From an uncultured Alphaproteobacteria bacterium (lineage in GTDB: Bacteria; Electryoneota; RPQS01), in NCBI GenBank assembly GCA_964529255.1, contig CAZGVT010000001.1:31403-67917 (forward strand): a stretch of DNA of 36,515 nucleotides, written 5' to 3'. Under the pieces are notes generated by a model. The model was not told the origin of the DNA. It worked only from the letters and a program-made list of their open reading frames with translations, and did not search any database. The position numbers were made by a program, and so were the translations under genes. How positions within the stretch are numbered: position 1 is the stretch's first letter; every line of letters begins with the position of its first letter. Of this stretch, positions 15,673 through 22,596 are shown in pieces.

Positions 15673-15788
15673 GTGTTTTATGCGTTTATAATATTTCGCT
15701 GGGCTTGACTCCCGGTTTTTTCTGCTATCTTGCCTTGGGGCCTTGCGGATCAGGCCGAAGTTCTTTAACATCAAGGGGAGGAGATATC
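15673..15788 (+). promoter_or_regulatory. Conserved promoter/leader of cassette B
   Basis: Homologous to 13404-13523. TTGACT (15705-15710), 15-nt spacer, TATCTT (15726-15731). Same GGCC...GGCC hairpin. SD AAGGGGAGGAG. Confidence 0.45.
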
Positions 15789-16298
15789 GTGAAGCTCGGA
15801 ATACTTGTGTTTTTACCTCTGATGCTTTGCGGCGGTCTGACGCTTGCGCAGTCGCCTGAATCCTGCACGCAGTGTATGTGTGCGGCGGACAGCGACTGCA
15901 AGCTGCTTGGCGACTGTCCGGATGAGAGTGACTTGGATGGCTGCAAGCTGCAATCGTTCACGGCAGGCTGCAACGGCAACTATACAATCAGGATTGATCT
16001 GCAATGTCCGGGCGGCTCGAATTGCCGTCACTGCCTTGCCTGCGCCGTACTGTATGACATGGATTCGGGGAGCGAGATTGCACGCTGCCATACCACGTGC
16101 AATGCTAATGAGTGCACGTACGTCTGCACGAACATCGCGGCGCTCAGTTCCGGCCATGATTACAAGCTGTATGTCTGCCTAAGCAACTGCGCAAGCGAGG
16201 AGACCTGCGACGATTGCGGGCAGTGTACCGCTCGCGGCTATGTGTATGCAGGCTCGTTTGCAACTGCGTGCGACAACATTCCGGCTTGCAATCCTTGA
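15789..16298 (+). CDS. Small secreted cysteine-rich protein (cassette B; 22 Cys)
   Basis: The GTG at 15789 follows the SD; the track's TTG at 15705 sits in the conserved leader. Signal peptide VKLGILVFLPLMLCGGLTLA/QSPE. Same Cys scaffold as cassette A. Confidence 0.8.
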   Translation: MKLGILVFLPLMLCGGLTLAQSPESCTQCMCAADSDCKLLGDCPDESDLDGCKLQSFTAGCNGNYTIRIDLQCPGGSNCRHCLACAVLYDMDSGSEIARCHTTCNANECTYVCTNIAALSSGHDYKLYVCLSNCASEETCDDCGQCTARGYVYAGSFATACDNIPACNP

Positions 16299-17875
16299 GT
16301 TGTTTCAAGCGGCTGGCTGCCGTCCTCGCCCTGGCTCCCTTGGCTGTATTAGCCGCCACGCTGCGCGTGCCCGGGGAGTATCCGGATATCCAGTCGGCGA
16401 TTGATGCATGCAGCGGCGGTGATACGGTCCTTGTGGCCGTGGGAGTCTACCACGAATCGCTGCTGCTGGCGTTCCACACAGTGACGCTGCTGGGCGAGGT
16501 CGAGCCGGATTCGGGGGAATACGCGCGCCCGGTGATTGATCCTTCCACGCTGGACAATCCGGGTACGAGACGCTGCATAACGATCAACGGCGGATTGGTG
16601 ACGATCGCCGAATTCGGATTTCGCAATGGCGCTGCGATGTACCCGAGATCGGGGAACAACAGCGGCGGCATCGTCAATCACAACGACTCGCTGGTGTTGT
16701 CCGGCTGTGTGTTCGATTCCGTATACATTCCCGTGCTTTCCGAAAACGAGCCTTGCGTCGTGGAGCGCTGCATTATGCGGAATGCGCAGGGCAGATGTAT
16801 TGATACGGGCGAGTCGTCTTTGCGGTTGGTGGATAGCTGGGTATCAGGGCAGAGCGGTTGGGGGCTTGTGGATTGTGGCCGCGGTTCGTTTTTCTTGCGC
16901 AGCCGGATCGGTGACAACGTCTCGGGCGGCCATTTGGTACTTGCGGCGGGCGGTGACCATTTGTTTCAGGATTGCGTGTTCGAGAGACTTGGCGCAACCC
17001 CGGAGCCCGCAGTATGGGGTTTTTTCGGCGGATCGCTGATCGAGCGGTGCATATTCCGCAGTTGTACGACTGGCGGATCGCTGATCATGGCGACTGCCTG
17101 CGATTGCGGACGGCCGCTGCAATTTCGCGACAATCTGTTGCACCAAAACGGAAATGCAAGCGGTCGCGGTCAGGGAGGGGGGCGCGTGATGATTGGCTGC
17201 GCGGACAGTGCGAATTGTCACGTGCTGATTGCGGAGAACAATGTGTTCGTGGATGGCTCGGTGCTGGCCGGCATAAAGGCATTAGGTGTGTCCGGGGTTG
17301 CTCAGGTGCGTCACAATAGATTCGAGCGGCACACTCCGGTCGGATCTCCCGCAGTGTTTGCCGGTCTCAACGGTCTCCAATGCCGGGAGAATTTTTTTCA
17401 CGACAACGGATTCGCAGCGGACGCTGACGTAAATTTTGCGATCAGCATGGACGCGCGCTTCAACTGGTGGGGCAATACCTCCGGACCGCGATCCACGTTC
17501 AACCCGAACGGCACAGGTGACTCGACAGGTTTGACAGTGGACATTTCAGATTGGTATGCAGACACGACTTTCTTTGCCGACGTGCCGGAGCGGACTCCGG
17601 CAGGCGTTGCAAGCAACGCGCTACAGGTGTTCCCCAATCCGTTCAATGCGACGGCCACGCTGCGGCTCACCGTTCCGGCGCCGCAGATCGTGCGCATCGA
17701 GCTGTTCGATCTGCTCGGCAGGCACGTGCGCGAGATATTCGTCGGGCCAGTGGCTTATCAGCGGGAATTTTCTTTGAACGCGGATGCGCTGGCGTCGGGC
17801 ATTTACTTCGCCCGCGCACAGGACACGATCACGCGCCAGTCCCTCGCCCTGACCAAGCTCGCGGTGGTAAAGTAA
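16295..17875 (+). CDS. Right-handed beta-helix protein with T9SS C-terminal sorting domain (cassette B)
   Basis: The in-frame TTG at 16295 overlaps the small gene's TGA (TTGA), giving SCFKRLAAVLALAPLAVLA/ATLRVPGEYPDIQSAIDA. There is no in-frame ATG between the small-gene stop and the ATLRVP motif. FNWWGNTSGP. The CTD is 98% identical in DNA to that of cassette A. Confidence 0.8.
   Translation: MSCFKRLAAVLALAPLAVLAATLRVPGEYPDIQSAIDACSGGDTVLVAVGVYHESLLLAFHTVTLLGEVEPDSGEYARPVIDPSTLDNPGTRRCITINGGLVTIAEFGFRNGAAMYPRSGNNSGGIVNHNDSLVLSGCVFDSVYIPVLSENEPCVVERCIMRNAQGRCIDTGESSLRLVDSWVSGQSGWGLVDCGRGSFFLRSRIGDNVSGGHLVLAAGGDHLFQDCVFERLGATPEPAVWGFFGGSLIERCIFRSCTTGGSLIMATACDCGRPLQFRDNLLHQNGNASGRGQGGGRVMIGCADSANCHVLIAENNVFVDGSVLAGIKALGVSGVAQVRHNRFERHTPVGSPAVFAGLNGLQCRENFFHDNGFAADADVNFAISMDARFNWWGNTSGPRSTFNPNGTGDSTGLTVDISDWYADTTFFADVPERTPAGVASNALQVFPNPFNATATLRLTVPAPQIVRIELFDLLGRHVREIFVGPVAYQREFSLNADALASGIYFARAQDTITRQSLALTKLAVVK
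17569..17839. repeat. Partner copy of the 15286-15556 tract (T9SS CTD of cassette B)
   Basis: See 15286-15556. Confidence 0.85.
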
Positions 17876-17910
17876 AGACGAAATTGCAGGCACAATACGA
17901 CGGAAACATG

Positions 17911-17936
17911 CGCGGCCCCGGGAAACCGGGGCCGCG
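17911..17936. terminator. Hairpin between convergent genes (possible bidirectional terminator)
   Basis: CGCGGCCCCGG / GAAA / CCGGGGCCGCG. The core 24 nt are identical to the 13286-13309 terminator stem-loop. There is no clear U-tract on either strand. Confidence 0.4.
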
Positions 17937-17964
17937 TAGTTTACACGATGACTTCAGCTCGACG

Positions 17965-18366
17965 TTACATGCCCACCGTCAACCCGACTCCCGCTCGCTC
18001 GAACCAGATCCAGAGGGCGGAAACGCTGAAGAAGTCGCCCGCGAAGTTGGCGATCAGGTGAGGTTTGCGGCCGTCGTTCATGGGAATGACGGACCAGCGG
18101 CGATGGAGCTGAATGTTTGCACCGAAGGGGAAGTTCAGGCGTTCATCCCATTCGCTGTAGTTCACGGACGCATACGGCGCCACGGGCAGACGGGGCAGCG
18201 ACTTTCCGAATGTCACATAGTAGCACTGCTTGCCTTTGGGCGATCCGATGCGGTCGCTGGACGTGCCGAAGGCAATTTTGGGAACATATTTGGATTCCGG
18301 AATGGGCTCCCAGGAGAGTCTTGGTCCGATTTCCTCCACCACCGGATTGTACTCGAGTCCCAGCAC
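17965..18366 (-). CDS. Hypothetical beta-strand-rich (barrel-like) protein; 5' end unresolved
   Basis: The track ORF starts at GTG 18366. The same frame stays open and looks coding (RWRFTLDWRPTFYRALVLGLEY) up to 18504, with no ATG/GTG/TTG and no signal peptide. It is in frame with the YHS ORF across two TGA codons. Confidence 0.5.
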   Translation of the reverse strand: MLGLEYNPVVEEIGPRLSWEPIPESKYVPKIAFGTSSDRIGSPKGKQCYYVTFGKSLPRLPVAPYASVNYSEWDERLNFPFGANIQLHRRWSVIPMNDGRKPHLIANFAGDFFSVSALWIWFERAGVGLTVGM

Positions 18367-18513
18367 CAGCGCGCGATAGAAGGTTGGCCGCCAGTCGAGA
18401 GTAAAGCGCCAGCGCGGACGGTCTTGCTCGGTATCGGCGAAGCGCGCGCCGCCAGTGATTCCCGTTTGTAAACCGCTCGAACCGAGCAGTTGGCCTTCGC
18501 CGGGTCAACCCGT

Positions 18514-18783
18514 TCAAGACGGGAAAGCTGTCGAGGTCAGTCCGGTTCCGCCCGACTCAACCGGATCGACGGACCAGATAGATGGTTCAACGAGGAATTC
18601 TTCTTTGCATGCCGTAGAGCAAAAGTAGAACATCTTGCCATTGTATTGGACCGAATCAGAAATCGGTTCGGGCCCGGCACCGTCGCGGATCCAGCAAGTT
18701 TGGCAGCGATCGGTTGTTGCAATCGGTGTCGCAAATGCTGTGGAAACAATAGAAAAAATACAAAGCCCGAGAAAGAATTTCAC
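18514..18783 (-). CDS. Secreted YHS-domain protein (putative metal-binding)
   Basis: Signal peptide MKFFLGLCIFSIVSTAFA. YNGKMFYFCSTACKEEFLVEP matches the YHS motif (Y.G..YYFCS..C...F). The GTG start overlaps the TGA of the upstream gene (GTGA). Confidence 0.75.
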   Translation of the reverse strand: MKFFLGLCIFSIVSTAFATPIATTDRCQTCWIRDGAGPEPISDSVQYNGKMFYFCSTACKEEFLVEPSIWSVDPVESGGTGLTSTAFPS

Positions 18784-21700
18784 TTAAGCAGGACCATTTT
18801 TCTGAGGTGGAATGAGCGTCCATCCTCAACCCTCGCGAAATAGACACCTGAACTGAGCTTGGAACCGTCGAAACTCAGTTTGTGTGTACCAGCATTCATC
18901 GTCTGATCGGCGAGGATTGTGACTTGCTGCCCGAGCGTGTTCAGAATCGAAAGCTTGACCCGTGACATGCGCGGGAGAGTGAATTCGATCGTCGCCGCCG
19001 GGTTGAAAGGGTTGGGATAAATCGAACTGATGCTCAAGTCGCTGATTGTCGCTGGTGGTCCGCCTTGCCCGGCGGACAGGCTGACTTCGGAGAGTGTTTG
19101 CGCGTAGATATTATTGAAGATGTCGCCGACAGAGCCGGCACCGCAGCAGCGGCCGGGGTTGGAGGAGCGCTGGTCCATCCAGACTGCAACTGCCGAACCA
19201 ACGATCCAGGAGATCAGTTTCACCTCGCGGGAATGCGTTGGAACGTCGCAGAGTGGAAACCCCTCGGCGGGCCAGACAAACCCGGCGATGTTGGCGGGAT
19301 TTCCTGCCGCATCGAGATGTGTTGCGTAGAGGTCGAATTCAGGATAATCATCGTTGTTACGCTGATCCTCCCAGACAGCCCAAAGCCCGCCCGAGCCGTC
19401 GGCGGTCATGGAGAGTCCACCCTGTTCGTTATCGTCCGTGCTGATCCGAACTCCCGCCTGGTTCCAGAGTGCGTTTCCGTTGGCATCGAATCGGGTGCAA
19501 TAGATGCGGGCATATTGAGTCGACCTGTAATCATCCCAGCCGACAAAGAATCCGCCCAAGCCATCGGATTCGATAGCATAGCCGAATATTCGCGGCTCTT
19601 CGCCGAGCAGGTTGCGCGGCAAGGGGCCCCAGAGTGCCGATCCGCTCGCCGAGTAAGCGGTGGCACGCAGAGAGTACATGGATGCGCCGTCCACTTCTCT
19701 TCCATAGGTGAGCACTACACCGCTTCCCACGAAGCAGACTTGAGGGAAAGCATCCCGCACCCCGTCGGAGCTGAACTCAAGCCCTTCATCCGACCAACCC
19801 GTCCCGGCGGTTCCATCCGCAGCAAGATGATAGAGCCGAATGTCCGTATCTTCCCACGGGCCGACGGTCATGGTGAGGAATAGTCCGCTCGCGCCATCGG
19901 TTGCGACGGATTCGAGTGACATGTCGCTGGACATAGGACCTGTGAGTTCCCGTGTTTCCGGAGTCCAGGCGATCTGCCCTGATGAGGTGATTCGGGTGAC
20001 GCGTGAGCGCGTGATATAATTGGAGTTGTACTCCGTCCGCGCGAAATACACTCCGGCATCGTCGGACACGAGGTAACTGTTACCGTAAAACCCGATCGGC
20101 GAGGTGAGTATGACAGGATCCGGCCAGACTTCATTGCCCAGATCGTCAATACGCATCACATTTGCAAAATAAACACCGCTTGAGAGATAACCGCGCCACG
20201 CAACGTAGACCCCGCCATGATGATCTGCGGCCAGTGCGAGGGACTCCATTAGGGACCCGTTGCTGCGCGCAATGAGTTTCCCATTGGGTTCGAGAAGCGG
20301 CTGGCCGAAGCGGTCGACAATCTGGAGGTAGAGGTCGCGCTCGATTCTTTCACGGGTATCGCTCCAGAGAATGGCAAAGTGCTCGTCATCGATCCGTACA
20401 ACCTGCTTGTCAAAAACATCGTAGGTTATCCCGCTGCCGAGTAACTCTGGGGATTGTGCAAACTCGCCATCCGATGCCAACGCCACGGTCCACAGGCTTT
20501 CGGGCCGTTCGACGCTCCTGCCGGTGAGCAGTGCTAACCGTGCCGCACCGGTCAGTGGTTTAACCAAATCGGTGCGCAACTCTTTGTTCACGCGGACAAA
20601 GACATCCGGTGGCAGCAGTTCACTAAGCGTGGTCGGCGACCAGCTCTTCGCGAGTCGCAGACGATGTGTGCGGATATTGTCAACCTCGGTCCGCTCGACC
20701 CAAGCAATCAGCAGCGTGTCGCCTCCGGCGTTCACGAGATCGATGGGAGAAACTCCGGCGGCCACATTGGTCATACCGACCGCGCCCAACAGTTCGCCGG
20801 CGAATGAGACGGCACCGACGGACGCGATGGATTGGTTGACATCGAGGTCATAGTTGACCGCCGCAACCTTGAGCACACTCCCGTTCACAGGTACGAGACC
20901 GACCGTGGCGGCATGGGGATTCCCCACGGCCAAGAGCAATCCGTTTTCACTCCAGCCGGGGAGGTCATTCAGTTCGAGGTCAACACACTTGACGTAAGCA
21001 TCTTCCTGCGGGAAGTCGCATGAAGTGTAGCCGATCGCGAGACCGCCGGGAATGACGGCAATGATCGGAGGCGGTCCGCACTCGGTTGTGACAATGGCGG
21101 GGTCCTCGGGCCAGGCAATGGATCCGTCCGGGAGGATTTTCTGAATGACGATATCTTCCTGAGCGGTGGTAGCCATACTGACCAGCGCATAGCCGTTTCC
21201 GTCGACGGCGACGATACCGGCGGAGATATTCCAGCCGCGGTATCTGTCGACAAGCACGAATCCGTCGGCGGGGCCGATGCGATTCCCATTCGGACCGACG
21301 ACTTGAGCATAAGCGCCTAATCGCGTATTTTCTCCGCCGCCGGATTCGCGGTCATCGGTGAAGACAATGAAGGTAGTGCCGTTCTCTGCGATTGCGATAT
21401 GCGGGTCGAATTGATCATGGTCAGCTTCGACGATCGCGACTCCGGTTGACGGTGTCCAGAGCGGAAGACCGTCGGCGGTGTATCGCTGTGCGTAGAGGTC
21501 GCGATAGCGACCCGCAACATAGTCTTCCCACACGAGCAGCATCGTCCCGTCCGGATAGAGTGCGCTGACCGGAGAGCGCTGCTCGGACTCGTGCGGCGTG
21601 ACCAGCAAGCCCTGCTCTCCCCACAGACGGTCACCCTCGGCGGTGAGCTTCTCGGCCCATACGTCGCGCGTGCCGTCTCTGCGGCAATCATTGTAGAACA

Positions 21701-21863
21701 TGGCCACGTCTTCACCGAGCGGTTGCATGGCGCCGTTCCAGCCGAGATGCAACCCCTGACGGATGGGAATGCCATCTTCGGCCCAGAAGTATTGCGCGTG
21801 GGCGCTACAGGCTATCAGCGTGGCGAGCAATAGTGCGGTCAGAGGTCGTGTCATTGAGCTCAA
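18780..21863 (-). CDS. Large T9SS-sorted repeat protein (propeller-like W-x-D-x-R ... Y-A-Q repeats)
   Basis: Signal peptide MSSMTRPLTALLLATLIACSAHA. At least 7 repeats, e.g. LLVWEDYVAGRYRDLYAQRYTADGLPLW, WAVWEDQRNNDDYPEFDLYATHLDAAGNP, FVGWDDYRSTQYARIYCTRFDANGNALW. CTD IYPNPFNPAATIEF...GVYFARVEDG...KMVLLK. Confidence 0.85.
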   Translation of the reverse strand: MSSMTRPLTALLLATLIACSAHAQYFWAEDGIPIRQGLHLGWNGAMQPLGEDVAMFYNDCRRDGTRDVWAEKLTAEGDRLWGEQGLLVTPHESEQRSPVSALYPDGTMLLVWEDYVAGRYRDLYAQRYTADGLPLWTPSTGVAIVEADHDQFDPHIAIAENGTTFIVFTDDRESGGGENTRLGAYAQVVGPNGNRIGPADGFVLVDRYRGWNISAGIVAVDGNGYALVSMATTAQEDIVIQKILPDGSIAWPEDPAIVTTECGPPPIIAVIPGGLAIGYTSCDFPQEDAYVKCVDLELNDLPGWSENGLLLAVGNPHAATVGLVPVNGSVLKVAAVNYDLDVNQSIASVGAVSFAGELLGAVGMTNVAAGVSPIDLVNAGGDTLLIAWVERTEVDNIRTHRLRLAKSWSPTTLSELLPPDVFVRVNKELRTDLVKPLTGAARLALLTGRSVERPESLWTVALASDGEFAQSPELLGSGITYDVFDKQVVRIDDEHFAILWSDTRERIERDLYLQIVDRFGQPLLEPNGKLIARSNGSLMESLALAADHHGGVYVAWRGYLSSGVYFANVMRIDDLGNEVWPDPVILTSPIGFYGNSYLVSDDAGVYFARTEYNSNYITRSRVTRITSSGQIAWTPETRELTGPMSSDMSLESVATDGASGLFLTMTVGPWEDTDIRLYHLAADGTAGTGWSDEGLEFSSDGVRDAFPQVCFVGSGVVLTYGREVDGASMYSLRATAYSASGSALWGPLPRNLLGEEPRIFGYAIESDGLGGFFVGWDDYRSTQYARIYCTRFDANGNALWNQAGVRISTDDNEQGGLSMTADGSGGLWAVWEDQRNNDDYPEFDLYATHLDAAGNPANIAGFVWPAEGFPLCDVPTHSREVKLISWIVGSAVAVWMDQRSSNPGRCCGAGSVGDIFNNIYAQTLSEVSLSAGQGGPPATISDLSISSIYPNPFNPAATIEFTLPRMSRVKLSILNTLGQQVTILADQTMNAGTHKLSFDGSKLSSGVYFARVEDGRSFHLRKMVLLK

Positions 21864-21920
21864 CTTTTTGTACCTCGCACGTCAGGGTTCCGGCGGGGTG
21901 AGGGCACCCCGCTCGGCGAA

Positions 21921-22118
21921 TCAGGTCTTCAGTCTCTCTATACAGCCTTCCACCGGGCATAGTTCCACGCACTTGGGCGTTTCATAGTGACCCTCGCAGT
22001 TGTTGCAGATACTGGGGTTAATTTCAAAGATTACAGGCCCTTCGGTTATCGCGTTGACGGGGCAGGCAGGCAGGCAGAAGTTGCAGGCGATGCACGTGTC
22101 GTTGATGGCGTGGGGCAT
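21921..22118 (-). CDS. 2x[4Fe-4S] ferredoxin (YfhL/Alvin-like spacing)
   Basis: CIACNFCLPACP (CxxCxxCxxxCP) and CNNCEGHYETPKCVELCP (CxxCx8CxxxCP). 65 aa. Confidence 0.85.
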   Translation of the reverse strand: MPHAINDTCIACNFCLPACPVNAITEGPVIFEINPSICNNCEGHYETPKCVELCPVEGCIERLKT

Positions 22119-22168
22119 GGATTCAATTTACGGAGAAACGGGCGGGAGCGCAACAGAGGATCGCTCCG

Positions 22169-22596
22169 TCTATCACAATCAGGCACCTAATTCCGGGTGA
22201 AGAGCGTGAATTCTTGCGCGGTTTGGCGACTTGGCACTTCGGATCGGTGGACTGAGAGATCTGTAATTGATTGATTGTATTGCTTTTGCGTTGCGAGCTG
22301 GTGGTTGCACGGACAATTGTCGATTTTGCCCCAAGGCCTTGACTCACCCCCCCCTGTGTCTATTATATTATGACGCAGAGTCGACATGGGTGGGACCCAT
22401 TGACGAGTGGGCGGATGTTGTCAGCGGACAACATTCACTTCGAGCGCCGGAAGTTCATATCACGTGCGAGCACATAATGGATCCGAAGCTTACACGTGCG
22501 GCCCGGCGACAGGGAAGCTTTCCAACACGACCCTTAACTGCTCTGGGAGTTGAGCTTTGTTCGGAGTCAATATGCAGAACCATCGCAGAGTCATAG
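22169..22596 (+). pseudogene. Possible decayed relic of a cassette-type small Cys-rich gene
   Basis: TATCACAATCAGG (22170-22182) resembles TATACAATCAGG of cassette B (YTIR). Frame-shifted pieces: NSCAVW (compare CAVLY), GGCTDNCRFC (compare GGSNCRHC and CTDANCAYC), CLLYYDAES (compare CAVLYDMDS), and terminal LCSESIC (compare SCTATAC). No signal peptide and no intact frame. The 3' end overlaps the beta-helix gene start, as in cassettes A-C. Confidence 0.35.

Noticed and set aside
17551-18471. 306-aa plus-strand ORF
   Set aside because: It runs out of frame through the T9SS CTD of cassette B and then antisense to the barrel-like ORF. Its composition is Arg/Ala/Gly-rich without motifs.
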